Below, in pieces: positions 43,484 to 54,715 of a stretch of DNA of 64,000 bases. The stretch is from an uncultured virus (IMG/VR IMGVR_UViG_3300029288_000157). Lineage: Duplodnaviria; Heunggongvirae; Uroviricota; Caudoviricetes. The notes under the pieces were generated by a model that worked only from the letters and a program-made list of their open reading frames with translations, was not told where the DNA came from and did not search any database. The translations under genes and the position numbers were made by a program. The stretch lies in IMG/VR virus record IMGVR_UViG_3300029288_000157; one strand, given 5' to 3'. How positions within the stretch are numbered: the first letter of the stretch is position 1; each line of letters starts with the position of its first letter.

Positions 43484-45120
43484 TTGGATGATAACATAAT
43501 GGTGATAGAAAAATGACAATTGACCTTATATGGACATGTGTAATACTTTTCTGCGTAGAGAATTTAATTTATGCAATATGGTATTATTCAACCAGAGAAT
43601 CGAAGTATGAAAGCACAAGTGTGTGGTTCAAGAAAACAAAGGCACGATTTTATACTGTTGCTATTCTGGGATTAATACAACTTGGACTTTTATTTGTGAT
43701 AATTCTCGGCGTTATAAAATATATCTGGAACATAGTATGAACAAAACAATTTCTTTTCTTGGAGATCGAGTTACATACACTGGAATTAATCAAAATCGCG
43801 ATTGGACTGTTCCAGATGGAGTTTCTTCGATTACTTATTTAGTTGCAGAGTCTATGCCAATGGGCAGTGATTGTATGGAAAATGTATTGTTTAATGCGTT
43901 GGTAAACTTACCTTGGCCTACTCCTATAAGAATTTATACTGATGAAGAATTCAAGCAGTATGATTATCACAAACGAATGAAAACCTTATGGAGCAGTGCA
44001 TGAGTGAAAAACTAAAGCACAAAGTATTCGATAACGTAAAGATCACCTTCAAGAACTCTACAGAACCACTCGATCTTCCCCGTGGGTTCTATGACTTCTA
44101 TATTACTGACGGAGTAATCACAGTGATCTGTTTTGATTCCCTTGAAAAGAACGAGATAGTTGCAGCAAAAATTTACAACCCTAACGAAATAAAGTTAATT
44201 GAGGTCTATTAATGGCACTCTTTAAAAACTGCAAGGTAACTTTTAACGACGATCAATTCGAGCAATTGATAGGAAAGGCATTCTCCTACGTCATCCGTGA
44301 TGACTTCGTCATAGTAACGTGCTACGACGACTTTTCTTGCTTGGGATTCGTTGAATATGAAATAATCTACAGTGGTCGAGACATAAAAAGTATAGAAGTG
44401 AGCAACAAATGTTAATTTACTGTAAACAATGCGGTTATTCGCAGGAACTAGAATTTGACGAGATGGAATTGTATGCAGCATGGGCAGAAAACAAGAGACT
44501 CGCCTCTCCGTTTCCATGTCCCAGATGCAGTGAATTGCTAATGAACGAAGAAGACTGGGAGGTATCATGATGACTGCGGAATTTAGTAGTGGTAGTGGTG
44601 GTGCTGTTGATACTACTGGTAAATACTTTGGTTATGATGAGAATGCTTTGACATACATAAGTGCAAAAGATTTAGCAGAATATCAAAAACTAAAAGCACA
44701 GGTTCGGGTACTTACAGATGATCTCATGGCTATGTTTCCAGATGGAAATACATTTGCGATGATTGATGACCCATGTAAGTATGCATCTAATACGTTGTCT
44801 ACTTTAAACAAATCGTTGAAAGAAGTAATGTATGGAAAGTGTGGATGTAGTCATGCTACTAAAGTCGAAGAGAATGAAACTGAACTAGAAGAAGAGGAAA
44901 CAAAAATGGCATCGGAAATGAGCACAATTTTAATTGGTTGGAAATCTGGGAGTCCAACTATATACGAGGAATGCGAGAACATTGAGTGGACTGATGGTAA
45001 TGGGTATGACGAACTTCAGTTTACAATGAATGGTAAGGATAACATTATCAAGATAATGCACGATGCAGTAGAATTCATACGGATTGTCTGGTGAATCTCA
45101 TTGATCACCATCAATGATAC

Positions 45121-45155
45121 ATATATAAATACCTAACACCAATATACTTATCACA
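45121..45155 (+). promoter_or_regulatory. Archaeal TATA promoter for the glycosylation cluster (probably leaderless)
   Basis: TATAAATAC about 30 bp before ATG 45156; similar TTAAATAC boxes sit about 30 bp before ATGs 24681 and 59601. Confidence 0.6.
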
Positions 45156-46163
45156 ATGGAATTGGTAAGTATATGCATCTCTACATGGAACCGTGTAGCA
45201 GATCTCAAACTCCTTTTTGAATCGATTCTAAAGCAGGACTATTTCAACCTCGAACTCTGCATAGTGGACAACGCTAGTCTTGACGGCACATTCAAGTTAG
45301 TTCAGGAATACAAGCAGATCTTCAATGGACGTGGCATTGAAGTCCATTACGAACTACTCCCTGCGCCGAATGACAATGCTATCCAGACGATCAACCAGGC
45401 ACTCCGCATGGGAACTGGCAAGTATCTCTTGATAGTTGATGACGACGCCTACTTATACAAGAGTGATGTTATTAGCAGGTTAGCATCTCACTTTTCAAAC
45501 CCATACGTTGGAATAGTTGGGGCAAACATAAGAGGTCAGAACGGACTTGCTCAACTTATGATTGCCAACATAGATGGAAATGTAATTCCAGAGGAGGATC
45601 TGTTCTCAATGGGTTCCTTCGAATACTACAACTTTCATGGAGCATGTGCTATGTTCAGGAAGGATGTGATGCAGCGACTCCACTTTTATGACGAAGGATT
45701 TATCATCTACATGAACGAACTTGATGTAGCACTTCGATGCATCTCGATTATGTATAAGGTGTTGATTGACATGGAAGCAGTTGTAATTCATAAAGGAACC
45801 GTGGATATGAATGCCTGCACAAAGAAGGCCATATTTGCGATTAGGAACTACAACAGATGCATCCGGCGCAATTTTAGTGGATTACTCAAGTGGAAATGTC
45901 TTACGTTACAGACTATCATGACCTTTGGATACTTTGCCGAACGCATTTTAATGTGGGACACCTATAAGAAACGGTGTATCTTTCCACTAATATATAGAAC
46001 TATTTTATATAACTTGGTAGATTTCACTAGGCGACAACCAAAAAACAGTGGCTACTTCAGTTGGATTGTTCAGTATTTAATTTACAACCGCATTAAAAAG
46101 TCATTCACCAGTCGTATTGGGTGGAGTCTCCATCATAAACAGGGAATCAGAGGGTTCAAATGA
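45156..46163 (+). CDS. Glycosyltransferase family 2
   Basis: VSICISTWN, IVDNASLDGT, IVDDD, FYDEGF...ELDV. Confidence 0.92.
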   Translation: MELVSICISTWNRVADLKLLFESILKQDYFNLELCIVDNASLDGTFKLVQEYKQIFNGRGIEVHYELLPAPNDNAIQTINQALRMGTGKYLLIVDDDAYLYKSDVISRLASHFSNPYVGIVGANIRGQNGLAQLMIANIDGNVIPEEDLFSMGSFEYYNFHGACAMFRKDVMQRLHFYDEGFIIYMNELDVALRCISIMYKVLIDMEAVVIHKGTVDMNACTKKAIFAIRNYNRCIRRNFSGLLKWKCLTLQTIMTFGYFAERILMWDTYKKRCIFPLIYRTILYNLVDFTRRQPKNSGYFSWIVQYLIYNRIKKSFTSRIGWSLHHKQGIRGFK

Positions 46164-47104
46164 AACCAAAAGTTATGGGATTAATGATTACATGTAACGA
46201 AGAGTGGATAATTGAGCAATCGATAACCATCCTTTTAAAATATGTTGATGAAGTTCTTGTATTGGATGCATCAACTGATAGAACCAGAGAAGCACTTATA
46301 ACATCTGATAGAGTAACTGTTTATTTTCAGGAAAATTATCCAGAACTTACGAATTATGGAGAATATCGACAGTTTCTGTTAGACCGTGGCAGAGAGCGGG
46401 GATGCGAGCATTTTGTGTGTATTGATGCTGATGAAATGTTTCCAAGGAATTTTTCTGTTGAGGTATTTAATACATTAGTAATGAACCTTCCTATTGGTTA
46501 CGCTTATCAATTTAATGTTGCAAATTTTTATAAAGATTCGTATCATTATACTATGCAAGGAAAAATAGGCTCAAAATTTATTGATGCTATTTTTCATGAT
46601 GATACCATATGTAGTTATTGTTACAGAAATGAAGTACATGAAGAACGCACTCCATGTAATAAATATATAAAAGTTGAATATCCATTATTACATTATGGTT
46701 GTCTGTCTACATTAAAAATGGATTTACGAAGATTATATTACATGTTATTGGAGTGCAAGTATAATATAAATAGTGCTAGAGGTATTAATTTTAATTATTA
46801 TATAAATTCTTGTATGAGCAAAAATTTTAAATCTAAATTAATGTTAGTTTCTGATGAGTTAATATACCCATTTATAAATTATGCGGAATTGACACAAGAT
46901 GCTGGCATTTCTTATATAAATAAAGTTTATACTATTTATATGAGTGATCCAGATAAATATAATATGCTAAATTTACATGGATCATTTTCGTTTTATAAAG
47001 TTACTAGGGATAGAATTATCGATCTTATAAGAACAAGAAGCATAAAGGTAATATTTAAATCGTTACGAGACTACTTAATATTAGACATATTGAAGAAATG
47101 GTGA
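46160..47104 (+). CDS. Glycosyltransferase, GT-A fold (GT2-like)
   Basis: NEE..I, VLDASTD.T, CIDADE, VHE, LLHYG. Confidence 0.85.
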   Translation: MKPKVMGLMITCNEEWIIEQSITILLKYVDEVLVLDASTDRTREALITSDRVTVYFQENYPELTNYGEYRQFLLDRGRERGCEHFVCIDADEMFPRNFSVEVFNTLVMNLPIGYAYQFNVANFYKDSYHYTMQGKIGSKFIDAIFHDDTICSYCYRNEVHEERTPCNKYIKVEYPLLHYGCLSTLKMDLRRLYYMLLECKYNINSARGINFNYYINSCMSKNFKSKLMLVSDELIYPFINYAELTQDAGISYINKVYTIYMSDPDKYNMLNLHGSFSFYKVTRDRIIDLIRTRSIKVIFKSLRDYLILDILKKW

Positions 47105-47112
47105 ATAAATAG

Positions 47113-48153
47113 ATGACAATTGGATTAATGGTTACGCGGAATGAGGAGCATTTTATTAAGTATGCACTGCCTCCGCTTCGAGTGCTTTGTGATAAGGTAA
47201 TTGTGCTGGATGCTTCTACTGATGGAACGAGGAAGTATTTGGAGCAGTTTAATGATGTGTATATTTACTGTGAGGAAATGTATGACCCTATGAATTGTCA
47301 GCAGCGACGGCAATTTCTCCTTGATAAAAAGAGGGAATTGTTTCCTGATGACAAATTTTGTATTACGATTGATGCCGATGAGATCATAAGCCAGGAGTTG
47401 ATTTCTGTATTTATTTTGATGAAGAACTATTTGCGTCAGTGCAACGGTTTTTCGGTGAATTGGTGGCATGTTATTGGTGATATACATCGTAGGTTAAATT
47501 TTGACACGTATCAAGGATTTGCTTTTTTTGATGATGATACAAATTACATGCGAGATGCAAATGTCCATGAAGATAAACTACCACATGGGTTTCCTGATAA
47601 GTTTACTGGGTTCTATCATTTGGATGCTGCATTAATGCATTTTGGTATGTGCAATGAAGGATTTCCACGAGTAAAAGAAGCATATTATTTATATTTGAAA
47701 TGTTTAGATGGGGACAATCCAAGTAATGTGAATGCTAATAATTTAATACATTATGATAGAAAAAATACTACTTCATTCCATGCACTTTATCCTCCTGAAG
47801 TAGACGAAAATATCATGAAAATTGATGACAGAGCACAAGATTATATGAAGAAGTTCCTTGATGTGGCACCGTTTGACTTTAAAACACTTTATCAGTTGGA
47901 TATTTGGAATGTCGAAGGTCTTCTTCGTGCTTGCCGATGTAAAGTCAAAGGGTTCAATATGCGAAAGGTCAGGCATAAAAGGTGGAAATACCCACCTGAA
48001 ATAATTGCTATTCAAGTAAGGTTATTCCAAATTTGTTTTTTGATTAAAACGTTGCAGTTTAAGTATCTTATAATACAAACAAAAAAATATTTTGTATGGA
48101 AATTATCACCATTATGGAAGTGGTATAAACATGACAAACAATTCAAAGATTAA
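47113..48153 (+). CDS. Glycosyltransferase, GT-A fold (GT2-like), paralog of 46160..47104
   Basis: RNEE, VLDASTDGT, TIDADE, VHE, LMHFG. Confidence 0.85.
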   Translation: MTIGLMVTRNEEHFIKYALPPLRVLCDKVIVLDASTDGTRKYLEQFNDVYIYCEEMYDPMNCQQRRQFLLDKKRELFPDDKFCITIDADEIISQELISVFILMKNYLRQCNGFSVNWWHVIGDIHRRLNFDTYQGFAFFDDDTNYMRDANVHEDKLPHGFPDKFTGFYHLDAALMHFGMCNEGFPRVKEAYYLYLKCLDGDNPSNVNANNLIHYDRKNTTSFHALYPPEVDENIMKIDDRAQDYMKKFLDVAPFDFKTLYQLDIWNVEGLLRACRCKVKGFNMRKVRHKRWKYPPEIIAIQVRLFQICFLIKTLQFKYLIIQTKKYFVWKLSPLWKWYKHDKQFKD

Positions 48154-49222
48154 AGTAGCAATTATTAGGCACAACGGCCTATTCATGGGAGGTACTGAAA
48201 AATTTCTCCAGATTATGGCCGCTGAAGTGAACAAGGATGAGTTTGAGGTGGACTATTATACCACTAATGAGATGCGATTTAAGGATAGAGAAAAATATCT
48301 ACGTGATAATAATGTTAATGTAATAAAGTTTAAAAAATATAAGTATGAATATTTATCATCAGAGTTGAAAAATAAACTTAATTATATGTGGTTTTGGAAA
48401 AAATTTAAAAAAAATTACTATGACGTGGTACAAGTAACAAATTTTTCATGGAATGAGCATCCATATAATTATTTTTATGGAGAAAATGTTTGTCAATTTG
48501 TAGTTTTTTCTCCATTTTGTGATTTTCCATGTGTAAAATTATCAATTCTTAATAGTGAATGGTTAAGAAATACGTGGATTGACACTGGTGGAAATTTGGA
48601 AAAGTCAGTTGTTATTCCAGTTCCTGTATGGATGCCGGAGCATAGTCTTGATTTAAGGGATGAACTTGGAATTTCTAAAAATACATTTGTATGTGGATTT
48701 CATCAACGAAATAATGATTATTTATGGTCTCCAATTCAATTAGCCGCATATAAGTTGATAGAATCTGATAATACATGTATGCTTGTTTTAAACAGTAGTA
48801 ATAAGTATAAGGAACAAGCACAATTTTTGCAAATAAAGAATGTTATATTTTTAGACTATATGAAGGATGAATATGAAATGACAAAGTTTTTCAATACTTT
48901 GGATCTTTATACCCATGGTAGACGTGATGGAGAAACTTATGGAACAGTGTTTGCTGAAGCAATGGTACATAGAATTCCATGTATTTCACATTGGTCTGGT
49001 ATTCAGGATGCCATGGAAGAGACGATTGGCAACGGTGGGTATGTAGTTGGTGGTAATCCAAAGGAATATGCTGAAATGATCCAGAAAGTTATGGATATGG
49101 ATAAGAATGAGTATGGTGCATTGTGTGGTGCTGCCAAGACCGAGGCATTGACCCGGTTTACGTATGATGTAGTTGTTCCAAAAATTGAGGATGCGTGGAG
49201 ACATGTCGCAGGAAGAAGTTAA
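48131..49222 (+). CDS. Glycosyltransferase family 4 (GT-B)
   Basis: GGTEK, LRDELGI, ETYGTVFAEAM...PCI. Confidence 0.9.
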   Translation: MTNNSKIKVAIIRHNGLFMGGTEKFLQIMAAEVNKDEFEVDYYTTNEMRFKDREKYLRDNNVNVIKFKKYKYEYLSSELKNKLNYMWFWKKFKKNYYDVVQVTNFSWNEHPYNYFYGENVCQFVVFSPFCDFPCVKLSILNSEWLRNTWIDTGGNLEKSVVIPVPVWMPEHSLDLRDELGISKNTFVCGFHQRNNDYLWSPIQLAAYKLIESDNTCMLVLNSSNKYKEQAQFLQIKNVIFLDYMKDEYEMTKFFNTLDLYTHGRRDGETYGTVFAEAMVHRIPCISHWSGIQDAMEETIGNGGYVVGGNPKEYAEMIQKVMDMDKNEYGALCGAAKTEALTRFTYDVVVPKIEDAWRHVAGRS

Positions 49223-49874
49223 AGATCCTTATTTAGATCAGATCGTGAAGGCTTATAATTTGAATTTGGAAAAGTTACATAGTGAGGCGATTGAACCCGC
49301 GCGTTATTTATCTTTGATGCATTGCGCTAAAGAAATTTATGATAAAAATATCAATGGAAGTGTATGCGAAGCGGGAGTATATAAAGGGTTATTTGCTCAA
49401 TACATTAATGGGTTCTTTAATGATCGGACTTTACATTTATATGATACGTTTTGTGGATTTATAGAAGGAGAAGTGAAATACGATTTTCACTTCAATTATT
49501 TATCAGGAAAACATGATATGCCCTCATTTTCCCGTGATAATAATTTAGAATTAGTAAAGGCATTGATGCCTCATCTTGATAAGTGTGTATTTCATATAGG
49601 CAGAATACCAGAAACATTGGATTATTCTTCTAATGAAAAGTTTTGTTTCGTGTCCATAGATTGTGATCTTCACCTGCCGACATTTAATTGCTTGGAATAT
49701 TTTTATCCACGAGTTAATGTAGGTGGTTACATTTTTATTCATGATTATAACCATGGTGCAGGTGATTTTTATGGAATACGAGAGGCTATTAAACGGTATC
49801 AAAATATGTATAAAATTGAGTTAAAGTATGTTCCTCTTTCGGACTTTAGTGGCACCGTGGTGATTGCAAGATGA
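49203..49874 (+). CDS. TylF/MycF-family sugar O-methyltransferase
   Basis: EAGVYKG, LYDTF.GF, G.IPETL, IDCDL, GGYIFIHDY. Confidence 0.9.
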   Translation: MSQEEVKDPYLDQIVKAYNLNLEKLHSEAIEPARYLSLMHCAKEIYDKNINGSVCEAGVYKGLFAQYINGFFNDRTLHLYDTFCGFIEGEVKYDFHFNYLSGKHDMPSFSRDNNLELVKALMPHLDKCVFHIGRIPETLDYSSNEKFCFVSIDCDLHLPTFNCLEYFYPRVNVGGYIFIHDYNHGAGDFYGIREAIKRYQNMYKIELKYVPLSDFSGTVVIAR

Positions 49875-50914
49875 ATCCACCATTGGTTTCGGTAGTGATC
49901 TCGACGTGGAACAGAGTGGAACTTCTGCAGGGTGCAATAGAGTCTGTTGTAAAACAGGACTATCCTAATATTGAGTTGATCGTGGTGGATAATGCCAGTG
50001 ACGATGGAACACTTGAGTTCATGCAGTCGATGCTCGATGAACAGGATGGTGTGCGATATGGGATTGAAGGGCACTTTCCAAAGTATGTGTTAAGTAACAT
50101 TGTGAATGTCGATTATACAAGACTTCCTTATCCAGATCCGAGTGCTATGAAAACCCTGAATATGGGATTTCGTAGGGCCAATGGGAAGTATATTCTGGTT
50201 CTTGACGACGACGCAGTAATGAACGAGGTTAATTGCTTATCTTTTCTCGTTAATGATATGGAGTTGCGCCCAAATTTAGGATTGATTTGTCCAAACGTTA
50301 TTAGCATTGATGGGTCTACTCAGTTGTTGGAATATAGAGATTACCCAGAGTTACATCTTGGTTATGGTAGGATGTATACATATTGTGGTGCATGTGCGCT
50401 AATGCGTTCTGATGTTTTTGAGGAACTTGGGTTTTATGACGAGTCCTTTGTGTTGTATTGGAACGAGGCTGATGTAAATATTAAGATGTTGTATGGTGGT
50501 TGGGACGTATTATATACAAATTTGGTGTCTGCTACACATTTAGTGTCACAAAAGCAGAGGTTTATGAAAAAGAGTTTGTATTATTTTTTAAGAAATGGAA
50601 ATATGGTTATTAATAGGAGCATGTCGTTTAGAAATAGAATTAAATTAATAATGATAAGAAATATTGTGTTGACATATATTATATTAAATAAATTTGAATT
50701 TGATATTGTATACATAGTGAAAGTATTAAAGGTTGTGATTACATCAAGCGTGAATATTTTTATAATGTTTAATAGGTATAAAGCATGTAATAAAGATATA
50801 TTTAAGGAAGTAAATGATATGTTTCTAAAGGTACAAATGTTAGAAAACAAAGGATTTTCATGGAATTACATGAAACCAAAAATAAAGGAGTTAATTTATA
50901 ATGGATTTAGATAA
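49871..50914 (+). CDS. Glycosyltransferase family 2, paralog of 45156..46163
   Basis: VSVVISTWNR, VVDNASDDGT, VLDDD, FYDESF..YWNEAD. Confidence 0.92.
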   Translation: MNPPLVSVVISTWNRVELLQGAIESVVKQDYPNIELIVVDNASDDGTLEFMQSMLDEQDGVRYGIEGHFPKYVLSNIVNVDYTRLPYPDPSAMKTLNMGFRRANGKYILVLDDDAVMNEVNCLSFLVNDMELRPNLGLICPNVISIDGSTQLLEYRDYPELHLGYGRMYTYCGACALMRSDVFEELGFYDESFVLYWNEADVNIKMLYGGWDVLYTNLVSATHLVSQKQRFMKKSLYYFLRNGNMVINRSMSFRNRIKLIMIRNIVLTYIILNKFEFDIVYIVKVLKVVITSSVNIFIMFNRYKACNKDIFKEVNDMFLKVQMLENKGFSWNYMKPKIKELIYNGFR

Positions 50915-51452
50915 ACCGATAGATGGGTGGTTGACTCCGATGGAGGGCATTGTGTTGACTCACTTAGCAGAGCAGTGTCGGAGTGGTTGTATTGTGAACA
51001 TTGGATGCGCGTTTGGTCGATCAGTTCAATATCTTTGTGAACGCGCAACTGTTCCAGTTTATGCGATTGACTTGTACATTACTCCTGAATTAACAGAGTT
51101 TCGAAACAGAGTTACAAGGAAACCCATTCTGATTGAGGGAGACTCGTTGGATCAGGAAGTTATCGATATGGTTGTGGAGCCGATTGAGTTGCTCTTTATC
51201 GATGGGGATCACACTGTTGAAAATGCTTCCTTGGACATCCTGAACTGGGTGCCGAAGGTGCAGAGTGGTGGTTATGTGGTTATTCATGATGTGTTCTGGG
51301 ACCAGATTAATGAACCGTGTAGATGTCCTGAAGTCATGCTTGCGGTTAAGAGGAGCATTGATTACGAGGACTTTGTAAAGTTCGAAAGGTTGGAGTTCAT
51401 GGATACATTGTGGTCAAGAGTGGATACCTGTATGATCTTTCAGAAGAGGTGA
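50901..51452 (+). CDS. Class I SAM-dependent methyltransferase (Methyltransf_24-like)
   Basis: GWLT..E, IG...GRS, LLFIDGDH, GGYVVIHD. Confidence 0.88.
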   Translation: MDLDKPIDGWLTPMEGIVLTHLAEQCRSGCIVNIGCAFGRSVQYLCERATVPVYAIDLYITPELTEFRNRVTRKPILIEGDSLDQEVIDMVVEPIELLFIDGDHTVENASLDILNWVPKVQSGGYVVIHDVFWDQINEPCRCPEVMLAVKRSIDYEDFVKFERLEFMDTLWSRVDTCMIFQKR

Positions 51453-51683
51453 TAAAGATGTATAAATATTATGTTATAGTTGTTGAGGATATTACTAACA
51501 ATATATTATTGAAATATAAATGTGATGAATTACCTGATAAATTTTTCAAGTTGTTCATATGTGATAAATTATATGAAATAAATGACATTATACTGAATTA
51601 CAGCGATTTTGATTATTATGGATTTATGGTTGTAAATATCAGAGTTTCTGAAGTAAATATTAAAAGCCAAGGGAAGTGTTTAA

Positions 51684-52436
51684 ATGAACCTACTACATAA
51701 AAAACCACTGGAATACTTGCAAATCGAGCCTACCCGGAGGTGTAATCTTCATTGTAAGCATTGTATCAGGACTGCTTCGCATGGTGATATTACGATGCAG
51801 ACGTATCTTGATATACTTGACAGGCATAAAGATGCGAAGATTGTGAAGTTGCAGGGGCTTGGGGAGCCTCTGTTTTATCCTGCTATTACAGAACTGATTG
51901 ATATAGCAAAGGATCGCGGACATGAGGTGATGATCATAACCAATGGGACTATCAGGTTGCCTAATCATGTGGACTACTTGGTCGTGTCACTGGAGACGCT
52001 TAACTCGAAGCGGTATAAGGAGTTGCGCGGGGGTGATGTCGCTACTGTTATTGACAATGTTCATGATGCCTATGAGCGGAATCTTCCTCTCATTATCAAT
52101 TGTGTGATGACGCATATGACTGGTAAACAGGATGTTGAGGAGGTTCTTGAGTTTGCAATGTCGATTGGAGCAAATTTTTGGCAGATTGGTCAGGAAGTTT
52201 GGGTTGCACCTGGGCATTTCGAGTATGATAAGTGTAGGGAAAATGCCATGAAAGCCGCAATGTTGCATGATTATATGGTTACGGAGAAGGTTCGAATGAG
52301 AGCATGTGGATGGAGACGTGGTGAGGCCATTTATTATGACTATCAGGGAAAGAGGCATCCATGTTGCATTCGGATGACTGACGAGTATATAGGTGCTCCT
52401 ACGACGTCTACAGGATGCAAGAGATGTCCATGGTGA
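51684..52436 (+). CDS. Radical SAM protein with SPASM/twitch-like C-terminus
   Basis: CNLHCKHC, GLGEPL, ITNG, C-terminal C...PCC...CxxC. Confidence 0.9.
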   Translation: MNLLHKKPLEYLQIEPTRRCNLHCKHCIRTASHGDITMQTYLDILDRHKDAKIVKLQGLGEPLFYPAITELIDIAKDRGHEVMIITNGTIRLPNHVDYLVVSLETLNSKRYKELRGGDVATVIDNVHDAYERNLPLIINCVMTHMTGKQDVEEVLEFAMSIGANFWQIGQEVWVAPGHFEYDKCRENAMKAAMLHDYMVTEKVRMRACGWRRGEAIYYDYQGKRHPCCIRMTDEYIGAPTTSTGCKRCPW

Positions 52437-52461
52437 CTGTATACTTTGGAGTAGACTACTT

Positions 52462-53187
52462 ATGTACGAACTTACTGAAGAACAACAGAGCGAATGGCTA
52501 AACACCATTGAATTCGATCTCACTACTTTTTGCAATTTGAGTTGCCAGGACTGCGCGCATGCCTGTGACAAGTTTCCAAGTAAGGATAGTTTGAGACTGG
52601 AACATGTTACTCGATTTGTGTACGATTCAATTCGGCAACAAAAGAGATGGAAGAAGATTGGACTGCTTGGTGGCGAGCCTACGTTGAATCCAGAACTCAA
52701 GGGTATACTTGAAGTTTTGTATGCTTATAGTAGATGGAATCCTGATTGCAATGTCTGGATGATGACAAATGGACGAAACTGGCCGTTAACAAACGAATTG
52801 TCAATAGAATATCCATGGTTAAATATAGTAGTCAACGCGGATCACTCATATCACCACGCATTTTACGTAAGTCCCATTGACGAGAATTTTTTTCATACGA
52901 ATCCTCGATGCGAGGCGCTTCATTGTGGACTTGGGCTTGGGCCATATGGATTCACTCCCTGTGTGCTCGGAACGACTATGCACCGGATATTTGGATACGA
53001 AACTATTAAATCCTTGAAGGATATTACGTATAATAGGTGTATGGAGATGTTTTCACAGTATTGCCAGCATTGTGGTTGGTACTTGGTGGATTCGGATTGT
53101 AGGGAGGAAGGAAGGATTTGGGAGTATGAAAGAGGTTATATGAGTGAGACGTGGAAAAGTATGTATAAGTTAAAAGGTGCTAAATAA
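52462..53187 (+). CDS. Radical SAM protein
   Basis: CNLSCQDC, LGGEPTL, MTNG, C-terminal Cys cluster. Confidence 0.9.
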   Translation: MYELTEEQQSEWLNTIEFDLTTFCNLSCQDCAHACDKFPSKDSLRLEHVTRFVYDSIRQQKRWKKIGLLGGEPTLNPELKGILEVLYAYSRWNPDCNVWMMTNGRNWPLTNELSIEYPWLNIVVNADHSYHHAFYVSPIDENFFHTNPRCEALHCGLGLGPYGFTPCVLGTTMHRIFGYETIKSLKDITYNRCMEMFSQYCQHCGWYLVDSDCREEGRIWEYERGYMSETWKSMYKLKGAK

Positions 53188-53610
53188 TGGTAGTTAAATG
53201 CTATAATTGTGTATTCAGAAATGATTGGGATGAGTGTGCAAATCATCCAGATTGTAATTTAAGATACGATGTTAGTGAATGCACATGTCATAAAACAGAA
53301 CAGGAAATGGAAGAACTACTGGGAGTAGAATAGAGGTAATTAAAAATGAAAATGTTTAGATTGTTTCAGTGGTTAAAGCATTTGTTTATTGAAGAATATG
53401 ATAACTATGATTACACAGTATTGTCCAAATATAAGAAAGGAAAATTAGTAGTACAAGAAGATGAGGATACTGTTAATACATTGGCAACTGTTGGGTTGAT
53501 ACATCTTGGGCTTCATGAACATATCGACGCTGATGGATTCATATCATATCAACAAACTGCTAAATGCACAAATTTTGGTAGAGAAATATTAAAATATATG
53601 AGGTTGTAAT

Positions 53611-53742
53611 ATGCCATTCTCTGATTTTAAAGACTTCGACGAGTGTTTGAATGCGATGCTGAAGAAATATGGGAGCAAGAAAATTGCCCAGAAGGTGTGT
53701 GGAAAATTGCAGGCGATGCATGAGAGGAAGAAAAAGTTATGA
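53611..53742 (+). CDS. Small hypothetical protein (below the ORF-track cut-off)
   Basis: My translation: MPFSDFKDFDECL...AQKVCGKL..., 43 aa; stop overlaps the next ATG. Confidence 0.55.
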   Translation: MPFSDFKDFDECLNAMLKKYGSKKIAQKVCGKLQAMHERKKKL

Positions 53743-54109
53743 CAACAAAAATTGAGCCGCGAGTGGTTTCGTTTTCTCATAAGAAGAAGTTGTATAGGCA
53801 GACGAACACGTATGATGATGAAATTGTGCATAAGTTTATGTGTTGGGATGTGGATACTGGGAGAGTAGATCCGAAGACGAAGAAGAAGGTGCAGGAAACG
53901 TATGGTATTGCAGAGAATGAGTTTAGGGATTATTTTGCGAACCCGTCTACGCACTCGGTTAAGGTGTGGGCTATGCTGAAGGGGAGTGCTGATTTCATTG
54001 CGACGCTACGGGAGTTTGTTGATGGAGTTTCGTACGTGTATGACGTGGATAAGCAAGTCTTGGGCGTGTTTTTTCATGACGATACGAGTTGCATCTGGAG
54101 TGTATAATT

Positions 54110-54715
54110 ATGGATGAAAATTTTAAATGGTGGGATGGTCAACAGGAATCTTTGGATGAAGTTGATATTTCACAAGAGGATGTTGTAGTAATTTGGACTG
54201 GAGCAAGAAGTGGGAAAACGTTGATGTCAGTTTATTGTGCGCTTAATCAGAAAAATGATGTGTGCTTTGCTGACTTTGGTAATAAACATGACGTTTTAAA
54301 AAGACATGTAGAAACGTTTAGGTTTTTTGATGAAACTGTTCATGTAGACGAGGATAAGTGCAGTATGTATTGTGATACACATTCAATTAAATTCATTTCT
54401 TATAAGAATCTATATAAGAAAATAAAGGAAGGGGATGTGGTTATTTTACATGAAGCAGATTATGGCTTAAGGAGTGAAGATGCTTATACATTTTTAAAGT
54501 TTATTAAAGACAAAAAAGTAAAACAAGTAATTGTATTTGCGGCAGTATATAAAAGCCCACCTACATTTACAACTAAATTACTATTGTCATGCGATTCACT
54601 AAAGTTGATAAAACATTCTACTTTTTATATGAATCCAAATATAACATCCGATTTAAATAACGCTCCATATAGACCACTATTTGAATACACAACTATAGTT
54701 ACAGGTATTGATTAA
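54110..54715 (+). CDS. Truncated or degenerate terminase-ATPase-like P-loop protein
   Basis: Q motif (WDGQQE), GARSGKT Walker A, VVILHEAD at the Walker B position; no nuclease domain. Confidence 0.55.
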   Translation: MDENFKWWDGQQESLDEVDISQEDVVVIWTGARSGKTLMSVYCALNQKNDVCFADFGNKHDVLKRHVETFRFFDETVHVDEDKCSMYCDTHSIKFISYKNLYKKIKEGDVVILHEADYGLRSEDAYTFLKFIKDKKVKQVIVFAAVYKSPPTFTTKLLLSCDSLKLIKHSTFYMNPNITSDLNNAPYRPLFEYTTIVTGID

